Positions 25,968 to 36,418 of a stretch of 64,000 nt of DNA are shown piece after piece (the stretch's first letter is position 1; every line of letters begins with the position of its first letter). The position numbers were made by a program, and so were the translations under genes. The notes beneath the pieces were generated by a model. The model did no database searches. It saw only the letters and a program-made list of their open reading frames with translations, and was not told the DNA's origin. This stretch comes from Planctomycetota bacterium (GTDB lineage: Bacteria > Planctomycetota > Phycisphaerae > SM23-33): positions 23,381 to 87,380 of the forward strand of contig DAOVZK010000001.1 in NCBI GenBank assembly GCA_030635145.1. Direction: 5' to 3'.

Positions 25968-27116
25968 ATGAACGGCAAGCGTGTTAAGTGCCCAAGCTGC
26001 GCGACGGTTTTGGGCGTTCCGGGGCAGTTTAAGGGCACTCTTTGTTTGTGTGCAAATTGCCAAACGAAATTCACTATTCCTGCGCTCTCAGAAGCAGATA
26101 TTCTCGACCTTATCGGCAAGAAGAGAAACGCCGACTCTGTCGTTGCCGGTGCGATTGAGGCCGACGAACCACAACCCGTCGCCGCCGACTTCGTACCCGA
26201 AACCGTTGCGGCCGAAGTGGCGATGGATACCATCGACGGTTTTCCGACCGGGATAGATGGGTTCTATCTGCTGCGAATCGACCGGCATGGTACGCTGTTT
26301 GAATTTCCCGCGTCTATACTAACCGGGACGAGTCTCCGCGGTGCCATGCCGCGACGTTGTGTGCGTTGTGGAGAAACGCGGCACATCCAGTATCATCTGG
26401 TGATCTATTCGCACCATATGACCGAGTCGGCATCGCTCGAATCGCAATACGCTCCGTCCCGAAAAGAACTTTCCGAGCGAGACGTTATGACGAGGTCTGC
26501 TGACGAAATTCTCCCGATGCTCCCGGAAGTACGCAAAATTCCTGCTCCGGCGAACCTTCCCATGCCGTACTGGGTTTGCGATATGTGCTCCCCATCAAAT
26601 ATGGTTTTTGCCCAAAACCGGATCACCAGCAGCGGAGAAAGCACCTGCCGCCTGCAAATTCAGCGAATCTGGCGTGCCGAGGAATTTCTCGTCGCTGCCG
26701 GGGGTAAAGATTCTCGCGCGCATAAGGAAATCCTCAAAGAAATCGAAGGTAACGCCGAACAACCCTGGGACACTCTCCCCGGTGCCGTTCAGCAGCGCTT
26801 GCAGCAATGGTATCATCCGCATAAGGGCGAGCGGTTTGTTGCGTATATTCCCGACCGTTCGCGGGTTCGCACACAAGATGGTATGGGTGGGGTGGTGCTG
26901 TCGAATCGTAGGTTGGTTCACAATTCCCTGCGGCGATACCATGAGGTAGAAAAGGGCGAGCAGCTCGATATGGACTTCGCCATGAGCGCCGGTAAAATGA
27001 CACTGCATATCAAAACCCCGTCGTGGGAAGTCAAGCAGATGGTCGTCGACAAGCACGGGCTTGAACGGCTGCGCCGCGCAATGTGGCAGGAAAACTTCCC
27101 GGCTGTCTGGCATTGA
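25968..27116 (+). CDS. Hypothetical protein with N-terminal zinc-ribbon and two further CxxC pairs
   Basis: VKCPSCATV...CLCANCQT (zinc ribbon), RCVRCGE, CDMCSP. No other recognisable domain. Start taken at the ATG at 25968, 8 nt after GGAAGGA. The ORF track begins at a TTG at 25947. Confidence 0.5.
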   Translation: MNGKRVKCPSCATVLGVPGQFKGTLCLCANCQTKFTIPALSEADILDLIGKKRNADSVVAGAIEADEPQPVAADFVPETVAAEVAMDTIDGFPTGIDGFYLLRIDRHGTLFEFPASILTGTSLRGAMPRRCVRCGETRHIQYHLVIYSHHMTESASLESQYAPSRKELSERDVMTRSADEILPMLPEVRKIPAPANLPMPYWVCDMCSPSNMVFAQNRITSSGESTCRLQIQRIWRAEEFLVAAGGKDSRAHKEILKEIEGNAEQPWDTLPGAVQQRLQQWYHPHKGERFVAYIPDRSRVRTQDGMGGVVLSNRRLVHNSLRRYHEVEKGEQLDMDFAMSAGKMTLHIKTPSWEVKQMVVDKHGLERLRRAMWQENFPAVWH

Positions 27117-27225
27117 GACTCGCTGGCGACGCATTTTTCTTCCCGCGCAACTGCAAATAGTTTATAAGTAATCCACGCGTGGTTTGGTGCGCGCGGAAAC
27201 CAAAAATTTTACGGAGTCTTGAGAA

Positions 27226-28029
27226 ATGACAAAGATATTGATTGTTGGTGCGGGCGGACGAATGGGACGGCGGATCGCTGCTTTGGCGATAGAGTCGGAA
27301 CTGTTCGATGTGGTCGGGGCGGTGGAATTTGCCGGCAGCGACGTAATCGGAAAAGACATCGGCGAGCTTGCTGGTGTCGGTACGTTCGGGGTGGAAGTCA
27401 CGGACAATATCGATCATCTCTCCGCCGACAATTGGCCGGACGTGGCGATTGATTTTTCGCTGCCGGAAGGCACGATGCACTGGGCACCGATCTGCCGCCA
27501 AAAAGGCATCGCCATGGTTATCGGCACGACTGGGCTTACGGAGTCGCAGCAGGCCGAGATCGCAGATTCGTCCAGCTCCGTACCGATCGTTTTTGCCGGT
27601 AACTATTCCATGGGCATCAACCTGCTGACGAAGATCATCGCCCAGGCTGCCAAAACTCTCGGGGAAGATTACGACGTCGAAGTTTCCGAGGTGCATCATC
27701 GGTTTAAGAAGGATGCGCCCAGCGGCACGGCGATAATGCTCGCCAAGGCAGCTTGCGAAGGTCTTGGTAGCGAGTACGGAGAGGTCGTCACGCACGGCCG
27801 AGGGGGGCATCAACCGCGCAAGCCCGGTGAGATCGGAATGCACGCGCTGCGACTCGGGGATACCGTCGGTGAGCATTCGGTGTATTTCGGGAATCTCGGG
27901 GAGACGATTACGTTTTCGCACTCGGCCCACACGCGAGATACTTTTGTTCGCGGTGCGCTGCGGGCAATAACATGGGTCGTCGGTAAAAAACCCGGGCTCT
28001 ACAATATGTGCGACGTGCTGGGACTGTAA
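27226..28029 (+). CDS. dapB: 4-hydroxy-tetrahydrodipicolinate reductase
   Basis: ILIVGAGGRMGRRI (NAD(P) binding) and the DapB signature EVHHRFKKDAPSGTA. Confidence 0.9.
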   Translation: MTKILIVGAGGRMGRRIAALAIESELFDVVGAVEFAGSDVIGKDIGELAGVGTFGVEVTDNIDHLSADNWPDVAIDFSLPEGTMHWAPICRQKGIAMVIGTTGLTESQQAEIADSSSSVPIVFAGNYSMGINLLTKIIAQAAKTLGEDYDVEVSEVHHRFKKDAPSGTAIMLAKAACEGLGSEYGEVVTHGRGGHQPRKPGEIGMHALRLGDTVGEHSVYFGNLGETITFSHSAHTRDTFVRGALRAITWVVGKKPGLYNMCDVLGL

Positions 28030-28080
28030 AACCAGGCGGCAGAAATTATAGGCACCCGGTGCTAGATTTCTACTATCACA

Positions 28081-28422
28081 TTACCACGCAGCAACATCTT
28101 TTAGGACGATCATAACCACCTTGATCGGTTTTTCCTGATTCACGTCGATATTGGCAACGGGCAGGCAACCGGGTTTGGTTATTGAAATCCAGTTAGTTTC
28201 CCGGGGTTGAGTTTCGGTTACCACCGGGATAATCGCAGCACCTTTCGCGTCGGTTTGGGTGGTATCGGTTGTTATGATCTGCCCATCGCAGATACATATT
28301 CCGGTAACGACCGCCCCGGTTATTGGGGTTCCCGCCGAATCTGTCACGACAACATCCGGTTTGCTACATCCAATCAGCCCAACAAACATAACTAACAAAC
28401 ATGGTACGATGATGCATTTCAT
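28081..28422 (-). CDS. Small lipoprotein with carboxypeptidase-regulatory-like beta-sandwich
   Basis: Start taken at MKCIIVPCLLVMFVGLIGC (lipobox LIGC). VVTDSAGTPITGAVV is reminiscent of CarboxypepD_reg domains. The longer ORF to 28608 lacks a signal peptide. Confidence 0.4.
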   Translation of the reverse strand: MKCIIVPCLLVMFVGLIGCSKPDVVVTDSAGTPITGAVVTGICICDGQIITTDTTQTDAKGAAIIPVVTETQPRETNWISITKPGCLPVANIDVNQEKPIKVVMIVLKDVAAW

Positions 28423-28827
28423 GTGCAGTCTCCCTTTATTTCGAGCATCTGAAGTACATTCGATCTTAAAATGCTCTAATCCAGCCCCGCACCGCGCACA
28501 GCCAAACACAATCCGTTGGACGGGGAATTTGTTACTCGCCGGATATTCAATTTCAGATATCCAGGGAAATGGCGTCGCTATTGCGACAACAACCACCCAT
28601 TTGCCCACTTACTTGCTCAAATAAAGCACACCCACTAAAGCACACTCTCGCCCTGCCGCAAAACGCGGGGAAATATGAGTGTCACAGAGCAACACTCTCC
28701 CTGCATAATGCGTTACACACAAACAAAAATTCGCCCCAAAGGCCCCAGAAAACTCTTCCGATCGAAATCAGGAAGCACCAAAGCAAAAGTTATAAGACGT
28801 TACCGCCTTCTTGGTATTCAGGAGGTT

Positions 28828-29073
28828 TTACGTACGAGGGCGGGCTTCGTTTACGTTCAGCGCCCGGCCGTCAAGTTCGAAACCGTTCATGGCTTCGATG
28901 GCGGTGTTGCCCTCATCGTCATTTGTCATTTCGACAAATCCGAATCCACGGGAACGGCCTGTTTCGCGATCAAGAATAACCTTAGCGCGGTCAACGGCAC
29001 CGTGCGAAGCAAAAGCTTCTTGGAGATCGCCATCTGTGACTGAGTACGACAAGTTTCCTACATAAATATTCAT
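28828..29073 (-). CDS. RRM-type RNA-binding protein
   Basis: RNP2 IYVGNL and RNP1 RGFGFVEM. 81 aa. Start at MNIYVGNL. Confidence 0.8.
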   Translation of the reverse strand: MNIYVGNLSYSVTDGDLQEAFASHGAVDRAKVILDRETGRSRGFGFVEMTNDDEGNTAIEAMNGFELDGRALNVNEARPRT

Positions 29074-29371
29074 TCTATAAATTCTCCGTGCGTCAATCGC
29101 TCTGAACCCCAACGCAGCATTCACTTCAGACTGACACATTGTTCAGCTTGGCTGACACGCAAACCCGCGCATCTAACCATCCACTATAGTATTCTGCAAT
29201 TTTTTTTCCATTTGTCAAACTTTTTTGTTACGAGCTGATTTGATGGGCGGGCAAACATGGCTGTGCGCAAAATCTTGAGCTTGCCAAACGTCGCGGCATC
29301 ATCTAAACTCACCCGTGTCGAAATCGGCAATTGCCAATATGGTTTTGCAGCACAGAGTAGCAGGGTTAAAG

Positions 29372-30217
29372 ATGGCTGAGATCAAACACGTAACAATAAT
29401 CGGGGTCGGATTGATCGGCGGATCGATCGGGAAAGTTTTGCGCAAAGACGCCGTGCGAGTCAGCGGAGTGGGGCGGCGCGAAAGTTCATTGAAGGCGGCC
29501 CTGAAAGTCGGCGCCATCGACGACGCGCATCTCGATTGCAGCGAACCAGTGGCCACCAGCGACCTCGTAATCCTCGCCACGCCCGTAGGCACATTCGAAA
29601 AATACTTCCGCCAGATCAAACCGCTGCTAAAACGCGGAGCCATCGTCACAGACGTCGGGTCAACCAAGGGCGAGGTCGTACGTTCTGCCCGCAAGGTTTG
29701 GGGTAGCGGAAAAGATAATCCGTTTATCGGGTCGCACCCGATGGCTGGTAACGAAAACAAAGGCCCGCAGCACGCCACGATAACTTTGCTGAAAGATGCC
29801 CTGTGCATCATCACGCCGCTTGCAAAAACACCCAAAGCGAAGGTGCAGCGCGTGGTGAACTTTTGGAAAAACCTCGGGATGCAAACGGCGCAGATGACGC
29901 CAGCCGCTCATGACCTTAGTGCTGCCCGCGTGAGTCACTTGCCGCATCTGATTTCGGCAGCGATGATGATGCTACCAGCTGACGGGGATCTGGAAGTGGC
30001 AGCCACGGGATTTCGCGATATGACACGGCTGGCGGGTGGCGACCCGGAAATGTGGCGCGACATCGTAGCTACGAATCGCAAACCCATCATCAAAGCAATT
30101 GACGAATTGCTCAAGGCCGGGACGAAACTTCGCACTCTCATCGACACAGGCAACGAAAAGGCGGTTGAAAAATTCCTCGCCAAAGCCAAGACCCGCCGCG
30201 ACACCAAAATAAGCTGA
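29372..30217 (+). CDS. tyrA: Prephenate/arogenate dehydrogenase
   Basis: VTIIGVGLIGGSIG (NAD binding), GSHPMAG, and a C-terminal dimerisation domain. Start chosen at MAEIKH. Confidence 0.75.
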   Translation: MAEIKHVTIIGVGLIGGSIGKVLRKDAVRVSGVGRRESSLKAALKVGAIDDAHLDCSEPVATSDLVILATPVGTFEKYFRQIKPLLKRGAIVTDVGSTKGEVVRSARKVWGSGKDNPFIGSHPMAGNENKGPQHATITLLKDALCIITPLAKTPKAKVQRVVNFWKNLGMQTAQMTPAAHDLSAARVSHLPHLISAAMMMLPADGDLEVAATGFRDMTRLAGGDPEMWRDIVATNRKPIIKAIDELLKAGTKLRTLIDTGNEKAVEKFLAKAKTRRDTKIS

Positions 30218-30335
30218 GCCTGTTCTGTAGGCCGGGTCTCGACCCGGCGATTGTATTTCTGGGTGGCGTGGTTACACCAAAGGGGTAGCCAACGTGGTTG
30301 CAAAAACCGCAACCACGGCACCCGCTAGCCGCGCA

Positions 30336-31895
30336 TCATTCCCATTCGATGGTGGCCGGTGGTTTTGAGGAGATATCGTAGGTTACGCGGTTGATACCGC
30401 GAACTTCGTTGATTATCCGATTCGAAATCGTCGCCAGCACATCGTACGGAATTCTCGACCAGTCAGCCGTCATGAAATCGCTCGTGTCAACCGACCGAAT
30501 GGCGGCGACGTTTTCGTACGTTCGGCCGTCGCCCATAACACCAACTGATTGCACCGGCAGCAGGACGGCAAAAGTTTGTGCGGTTTTGCGGTACAGCCCA
30601 TTGGCGGTAATTTCTTCCAGCAAAATATTGTCGGCCTTGCGCAAGATGTCAAGGCGCGGCTTGGTGACCTCGCCCAAACACCGCACGGCCAGGCCAGGCC
30701 CGGGAAACGGGTGCCGCCAGACGATGTCTTCCGGTAATCCCAGCAACTCACCGACGCGGCGAACCTCGTCTTTGAACAGATCCCGTAGCGGTTCGATAAG
30801 CTCAAATCCCAGCTGTTCGGGCAGCCCACCGACATTGTGATGCAGCTTGATATTCGCCGCCTGCCCCGCCAACGAATGCCCCGACTCGATCACGTCGGGA
30901 TACAGCGTGCCCTGTGCGAGAAACTTTGCATTTTTGATTTCCGAGGCCGCCGCCTTAAAGGAATCGATAAACGTATGCCCGATGATTTTGCGTTTTTCCT
31001 GCGGGTCTGTCACGCCCGCGAGCTTGCCGAGAAACTCGTCAGCCCCGTGAACGGTCGTAAGGTTGATCTTGAAGTGGTCACGGAAAGTATTTTCTACCAT
31101 CTGTACTTCGTTGAGTCGCAAGCATCCGTTGTCTACAAAAATACAGTGCAGCCGATCGCCGATAGCCTTCTGCAGCAAGGCAGCGACCACTGCTGAGTCT
31201 ACCCCGCCCGACAGCCCGCAGATTACCTGCTCGTCGTCGCCGACTTTCGCACGAATATCGTTTATGGTGGAGTCGATAAGTGCATCCATTTTCCACAGGC
31301 CCTTGCACCCGCAGATGTCGTAGATGAAGTTTTCAAAAATCGATCCCCCGTGCGGAGTATGCGTAACTTCGGGGTGGAACTGCACACCGTAGAACGGTTT
31401 CGTGCGGTGGTGAACGGCGGCGAACGGACAGGTCGATGTTGACGCTAGGGCAACGAAGTTACCCCCGGGATCTTTGAGTTGGTCACCGTGCGACATCCAG
31501 ACGGAAGTTTCGGTTGGGATATTTTTCAGCAGCACGTTAGGGGTATTAATGGTGAGAGTTGCTCGGCCGAACTCGCGGGAATCGGTCGGAGAAATTTCCG
31601 CACCGAACGCCTTGCCCGCCATCTGCATCCCATAGCAAATTCCCAGAATCGGAATACCCATCTCGAGAATTTCAGGGCGAACCTGCGGGGCGTTGTCGTC
31701 GTAAACACTGCTTGGCCCGCCGGTGAAGATCAGGCCTTTGGGGTTGTACTTTTTCAGCTCGTCTGCGGTGACGTCCGGGTGCGCGAGGATGCTGTAGACG
31801 TTTTTTTCGCGAACACGGCGGGCGATCAGCTGGGCGTATTGCGATCCAAAGTCGAGAATGACGATGGTTTCAGATTGTCCAGTAACTGTGGTCAT
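30336..31895 (-). CDS. guaA: GMP synthase (glutamine-hydrolysing)
   Basis: N-terminal class-I amidotransferase (GICYGMQ, catalytic HPE), ATP-PPase SGGVDS, and a C-terminal KPPATIEWE. Start chosen at MTTVTG. Confidence 0.9.
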   Translation of the reverse strand: MTTVTGQSETIVILDFGSQYAQLIARRVREKNVYSILAHPDVTADELKKYNPKGLIFTGGPSSVYDDNAPQVRPEILEMGIPILGICYGMQMAGKAFGAEISPTDSREFGRATLTINTPNVLLKNIPTETSVWMSHGDQLKDPGGNFVALASTSTCPFAAVHHRTKPFYGVQFHPEVTHTPHGGSIFENFIYDICGCKGLWKMDALIDSTINDIRAKVGDDEQVICGLSGGVDSAVVAALLQKAIGDRLHCIFVDNGCLRLNEVQMVENTFRDHFKINLTTVHGADEFLGKLAGVTDPQEKRKIIGHTFIDSFKAAASEIKNAKFLAQGTLYPDVIESGHSLAGQAANIKLHHNVGGLPEQLGFELIEPLRDLFKDEVRRVGELLGLPEDIVWRHPFPGPGLAVRCLGEVTKPRLDILRKADNILLEEITANGLYRKTAQTFAVLLPVQSVGVMGDGRTYENVAAIRSVDTSDFMTADWSRIPYDVLATISNRIINEVRGINRVTYDISSKPPATIEWE

Positions 31896-31996
31896 AACTA
31901 CTCCTAAGGTCCATGTTTCTTCTTCAAAAAACTCGAAGAAGCCGCATATATTACCTTCAGGCCGGAAAAAACACAATCACCAATCTTCCCATACGG

Positions 31997-33934
31997 TTAT
32001 CTTCCACCGCGGGCGGTAGAAAGCGTCAAGATACCCAAGGCTGTCGAAATATGCTCAGATTTTTTTCGAGGTTTCCACGCGCCGTTGGATTTTTGGTGTT
32101 TCAGCAGATCGTTACTGGCCCATTTGAACCAGTTTATCTTTCCGATTTTTTTCGTATCGCAGGCCACTCCCAGGCGGGAGACAGTGTAGAGGTAGTTTAT
32201 CGGATCGCGATTTTTTCCGTCGTCTAAATGTTTGTCCAGCCATTCAAGAGCGTTTTGCAATGAGTCGTGACTCATGGCATTTTGGCGTGATCGGTTGAGT
32301 TGGTCGAGGCAGATCAACATGCTTACCGCCCCGCCAGCCGTGGGGTTGTGACGCGATCGCCCGACCGGTGTTCTGCCCCACCCCCCGTTGGGATTCTGCG
32401 AGTTCCGCCACCAGTTCATGGATCGTACCCAGAATCTGCGGGGAATTTCGACCCCGCCCTGGGAGGCCATTGCGGCACCTAAAATGGCGTACTGTGTGCA
32501 GCGGGCATTGCTATATCGCGCGTCGCTGTCGGGGGTGCAGGTTGCTCCGAACCCACCATCGACATTCGCACGCACAAGTTTAAGGGCGTCTGCGCGAAGT
32601 TCGGTTGCGTATTTTCCCGGTTGTTGCTGGTTTACGGCGTTCCAGAGGCAACACCGCAGCGCAAGCGACAGCGTATCGTTTGTTTCGGTGGCGGCGATGG
32701 TTTTTAGCGTTCGGGCAAGACGTTTGTCCGACGGGTGTACGCCGCTTTGGACCAGAGCGTAGGTTATCATCGCAGTGGCGTGTTTTGCGGGTTGGTCGGC
32801 GTCGTTTAGACGAGTTGGCCAAGAGCCGTCGTGCCGCTGCAAACTCCACAGATACTTTCGCGCCTTTTCGATGGAGGCGTTGATTTTCCCATCGGCGATA
32901 AGCCCGAGGGTAATGACGTCGAGCGACCAATGTTTTCCGCCCGGAAGTCGTCCGAGTTTTACCAGCTGTAATTCGATATCGTGAAATTCCCTCGCAACCT
33001 CCAGTCGCTGCGTATCGTTTTCGGTATGCTTCATGAGGTATACGTTGAGGTATTGACGCAAACGCATCAGCCCAGCTGCACGGGTTTCGCTCGGTGCGTC
33101 GCTCAGTAGCAATCGCAACCACTGCGCCATTTCGTAGGCGACATCGGCGGGTAGCGACTTGGGATCTCGCAACGCAAGCGGCACATACGATTGCAGCTGC
33201 TCGTCGACGTCGGGAGTAAGCAGCGACTTTGCGATGACGAAGTCTTCTTCCCGTGCGGCTAACCGTTGGATCAACTTGCTACGAAGTTCAAGATTGTTGG
33301 GGTTCGCCTTTAACGTCGCCAGTTGTTTTTGCAGCTTCAATCCGGCGCGGATGCGAGCTGGAAGCGTTTTTTCTTTTTCCTTTACCCTTGCGATTATGCC
33401 GGTTCGGATGGCTTTGGCAATTCTGCGGGCTTGCCGCAAAAATAACCTCGCGCTAAATGTATCCCCGCTACGGGTTCGAATGTCGGACAATTTCAGTAGG
33501 ATATGGACGGTGTCCTCACCGACGGGCACCCGGTCTTTGCGCCCAGCCGCATTGTAAAGCTCCATCTGAAGCACGAGGATCTTCTCCAGGCACTTCGTGC
33601 GGCGTTCGGGAATCTTGTCGGCGAGCAGTTCCAACGCCTCGATGGCTGCGGGGTAACCTTCGGGAGATTTCGCCCCGAGCTTGTAGATGCTGTCGCACAG
33701 TAGCGCAAGCTGCTGCATGTTGGCGGTTTCTCCGCGTGCCATTATCAGCATTGCTGCGGCCAGCTCTGCGTCGTCGGAGGTGTCCGGTGTTTGCTCGACT
33801 CGCTTGATGTCTGCGGTGAGGCGTTTGTCAAAAGTTTCGCGCACAGCATCACCGGCAGCAGGACGATCGAAGCAGATCAGCCCCGCCGCTGCAACGATCA
33901 TGCAGATTTTCCATCGCGAAATTTTCATAGGCAA
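31997..33934 (-). CDS. Secreted prenyltransferase/squalene-oxidase-repeat protein
   Basis: Signal peptide, then repeated Qxx(D/N)GxW motifs (QRHDGSWPT, QNPNGGWG, QKSNGAWK) characteristic of alpha/alpha-toroid terpenoid-cyclase or prenyltransferase repeats. Confidence 0.5.
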   Translation of the reverse strand: MPMKISRWKICMIVAAAGLICFDRPAAGDAVRETFDKRLTADIKRVEQTPDTSDDAELAAAMLIMARGETANMQQLALLCDSIYKLGAKSPEGYPAAIEALELLADKIPERRTKCLEKILVLQMELYNAAGRKDRVPVGEDTVHILLKLSDIRTRSGDTFSARLFLRQARRIAKAIRTGIIARVKEKEKTLPARIRAGLKLQKQLATLKANPNNLELRSKLIQRLAAREEDFVIAKSLLTPDVDEQLQSYVPLALRDPKSLPADVAYEMAQWLRLLLSDAPSETRAAGLMRLRQYLNVYLMKHTENDTQRLEVAREFHDIELQLVKLGRLPGGKHWSLDVITLGLIADGKINASIEKARKYLWSLQRHDGSWPTRLNDADQPAKHATAMITYALVQSGVHPSDKRLARTLKTIAATETNDTLSLALRCCLWNAVNQQQPGKYATELRADALKLVRANVDGGFGATCTPDSDARYSNARCTQYAILGAAMASQGGVEIPRRFWVRSMNWWRNSQNPNGGWGRTPVGRSRHNPTAGGAVSMLICLDQLNRSRQNAMSHDSLQNALEWLDKHLDDGKNRDPINYLYTVSRLGVACDTKKIGKINWFKWASNDLLKHQKSNGAWKPRKKSEHISTALGILTLSTARGGR

Positions 33935-33944
33935 TCAGTTCCGG

Positions 33945-35672
33945 TTATTTTCCTGCTCGCAGCATCTTTACGGCGTTTTCGCCGCCGGCAAGTATGTGCA
34001 GTAGCGGCTGGGGGCGATCGGTTCCGGGAACATTTACCGGGCGACCGGCCCAAGGCGTAGCCGACAACACATTTGTCATGTCCATCCAATGCTGCAGACG
34101 TGCCGGTTTGAGATTCCACGTCATGTGGAAGTGGTTCGCCGGTGCGTACTGTTTGTACTCGGCCATCGTGGCGTACTTGGGTGTTACAAAAGTGTGCGGC
34201 CAGGTTGGGGTGGAAACGTCACCGACAGCCATCGCGAGAGCTTTCGGCATTTCGACGGTTGTGGCTTCGTCCCAGACGAGCGAGAACATGTTGTTGATTC
34301 CGCTATAGGCAAGGCGTCCGGCGATGCCTTCGATTCCGCCCGGGGTGTAGAAACAAACGCTGTTACCACCACCGGGGAAGTAGAACTCATCAGCCAGCGG
34401 CATGGACACGCCCTTCATGCAATTGGTCATTGAAGTACCGGGGGTGTTGGCCCAGTTGAAACTGGCCGAGCCGCTATTGTCACCGTCGACAAATCCGCGT
34501 TGTGCCCAGACGTCGTTTTTGGTGTACTTAATTTTCATTTTGTCGGCGAGGCCTTGGATTTCGTGCGATTCCCAGACCTTGCGGAAGTCCATAAACAGCG
34601 GAGGGTTCCCACCGCTTAACCATGTGAAGAACAGCTGCGTCAACAGGCCCTGCACATCGTTTTCCGTAGCGAACGGGATCGCCGGTTTCGCGCCGTTGTG
34701 GTCGAACGTGCTGTTGAAAAGGCTTTCCATGGTGTCGGCGACGGGCAGCGGGCACCCGCGATGGTCACTGCCCCATTCGAGCTGGCTCATGAAACCACCA
34801 CCGACTGCGTTAAGGTCTTCCATGAGGTCTCGCACGATGAGGTACATTCCCAGCGACTGGTTGAACCGTTCGTTGTCAGCGGCGTCGCGATGTTCGAGAC
34901 GGTTTCCGATGTGCTTGTTAACCCACTTACGGAGTGTTACGAGTTCTTTCTCGTCGTACGCTTTTTTTTGCAGCATGTCGGACAGAAGTTTCATGTCGAG
35001 GCGGGTAAGTTCGAGCCCGAAAGTGTTGCGTGTCGGCAGCACGTGTGCCAGTGCCGTTTCCATGCCCATTGAATCGTGGCCCAGCAGCAAGACGCGCCGG
35101 CCTTTAAGACCGACAACCGTCAGTGCAGCGTAGCACCAATCTATAAGAGTTTCGGCCGTCGCATCGGTCATCTTAGGGTTCATCCCGGTGTCGGGCCATG
35201 TACCAACGTTAAGGGCTGTCATCTTACCGCTCTGTGCCAACGCGCCGTTAACGGCGTGGGCATAAACGACGCCCGGTTTCGGGCCGCTGTTTCCGCAGGT
35301 GATGTTGATGGGCATATTGTCGGGAAGTTGCGACATAAGGCTTTGCAGTGTCAGTTGCGGGAAGGCCCATGTGTCGGGGGCACATATGACGGCGTCGACA
35401 CCGGCGGCGCGGAACTGCCGGGCAACGATGTCGGCCTGCTTTTCACCGTCGATCAACACCGGCGACCAGACGACGTTCACCGGCGTACCGTCGGGCATCT
35501 TTACACCATCGGCGACGACTTTGGCGACCATCTCGATAATGTTTACGCAACGCTCGCGCGACGGTTTGTCGATGCGCGGGTCGGAAGTCCCGCATATCCC
35601 GAACGTAACGGGATTGGCTTTTGCACTACGAGCGGCCGAAAGCTTCTTGATGTTGTCAGTTTTTTTCGCCAT
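33945..35672 (-). CDS. L-fucose isomerase-family sugar isomerase
   Basis: Colinear similarity to FucI blocks: ATENDVQGLLTQLF..FMDFRKVW versus ATENDSLNGVAMLM..FADVRTYW, GGGNS..F.TPGG, and TVEMPKA...TWPHTF. 575 aa. Confidence 0.65.
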   Translation of the reverse strand: MAKKTDNIKKLSAARSAKANPVTFGICGTSDPRIDKPSRERCVNIIEMVAKVVADGVKMPDGTPVNVVWSPVLIDGEKQADIVARQFRAAGVDAVICAPDTWAFPQLTLQSLMSQLPDNMPINITCGNSGPKPGVVYAHAVNGALAQSGKMTALNVGTWPDTGMNPKMTDATAETLIDWCYAALTVVGLKGRRVLLLGHDSMGMETALAHVLPTRNTFGLELTRLDMKLLSDMLQKKAYDEKELVTLRKWVNKHIGNRLEHRDAADNERFNQSLGMYLIVRDLMEDLNAVGGGFMSQLEWGSDHRGCPLPVADTMESLFNSTFDHNGAKPAIPFATENDVQGLLTQLFFTWLSGGNPPLFMDFRKVWESHEIQGLADKMKIKYTKNDVWAQRGFVDGDNSGSASFNWANTPGTSMTNCMKGVSMPLADEFYFPGGGNSVCFYTPGGIEGIAGRLAYSGINNMFSLVWDEATTVEMPKALAMAVGDVSTPTWPHTFVTPKYATMAEYKQYAPANHFHMTWNLKPARLQHWMDMTNVLSATPWAGRPVNVPGTDRPQPLLHILAGGENAVKMLRAGK

Positions 35673-35950
35673 GCCTATTTCTCCGAGTAAATTTTGTGGT
35701 TGCTAAATTTTGTCAAAATCTGCCCCGGAACAAACCAAGCCCGGGAGCAAACTGTGAGCATATCATCGTCAGGGTTGATGCTCAAGAAGTACCTGCAGCA
35801 AAAACTGTGTCAAAACGGTAATAAAAAATTCTCCATTCAAATGGAATCTGGTTGACGCTCTGCTCAATTACTGGTAAACGGGCACTTATGCGAGGGTTTT
35901 ACCCTCCGTTTTGACGAAAATACCATTTGCAAGACCCGGAAAGAACAACC

Positions 35951-36400
35951 ATGATTTACGACAAATTTGCAAACGCACATCTCTACGCCGCCCCCGAAAC
36001 CGCCCTTGGTAAGGCCCTGAAATTCGCCGCCGACTTCGACCCCGAAACCCCCGACGGACGAATCGAAATCGACGGCGACAAGATGTACGCTATCCTGAAC
36101 ACCTACGACACAAACCCATCCGAAGATCTTTCCTTCGAAGCGCATCGGCGGCACATTGATGTGCAGGTGCTGCTGTCCGGAGCGGAGGATATCGACGTGT
36201 CGCAGGATCTCGACGACATGGAAGTCATTCAGCAATACTCCGAAGACAGCGACGCCGGGCTGTACGACACCCAAAAAAACTGGTCGACCGTTGTTTTAAC
36301 GCCGGGAACTTTTGTGGTGTTCTATCCCGACGACGCCCACCGCCCCGGTATCGGCGACGGTTCCAGCGTCCGCAAACTCGTAGTCAAAATTCTTATGTAG
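35951..36400 (+). CDS. YhcH/YjgK/YiaL-family (DUF386) sugar-related cupin protein
   Basis: About 150 aa containing AHRRHIDVQVLLSGAE (H..Y/H.D.Q) and a C-terminal FVVFYPDDAHRP, typical of the family. Confidence 0.6.
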   Translation: MIYDKFANAHLYAAPETALGKALKFAADFDPETPDGRIEIDGDKMYAILNTYDTNPSEDLSFEAHRRHIDVQVLLSGAEDIDVSQDLDDMEVIQQYSEDSDAGLYDTQKNWSTVVLTPGTFVVFYPDDAHRPGIGDGSSVRKLVVKILM

Positions 36401-36418
36401 CAGCAGAACTGCGCAACC

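Noticed and set aside
25406-26233. 275-aa Ser/Ala-rich minus-strand ORF spanning an intergenic region
   Set aside because: Overlaps the 3' end of the mannitol-DH-family gene and the start of the zinc-ribbon gene on the opposite strand. Highly biased composition and no signal or domain.
27031-27930. 299-aa minus-strand ORF
   Set aside because: Antisense to dapB, which carries a clear EVHHRFKKDAPSGTA signature. The minus-strand protein is a low-complexity Arg/Ala sequence.
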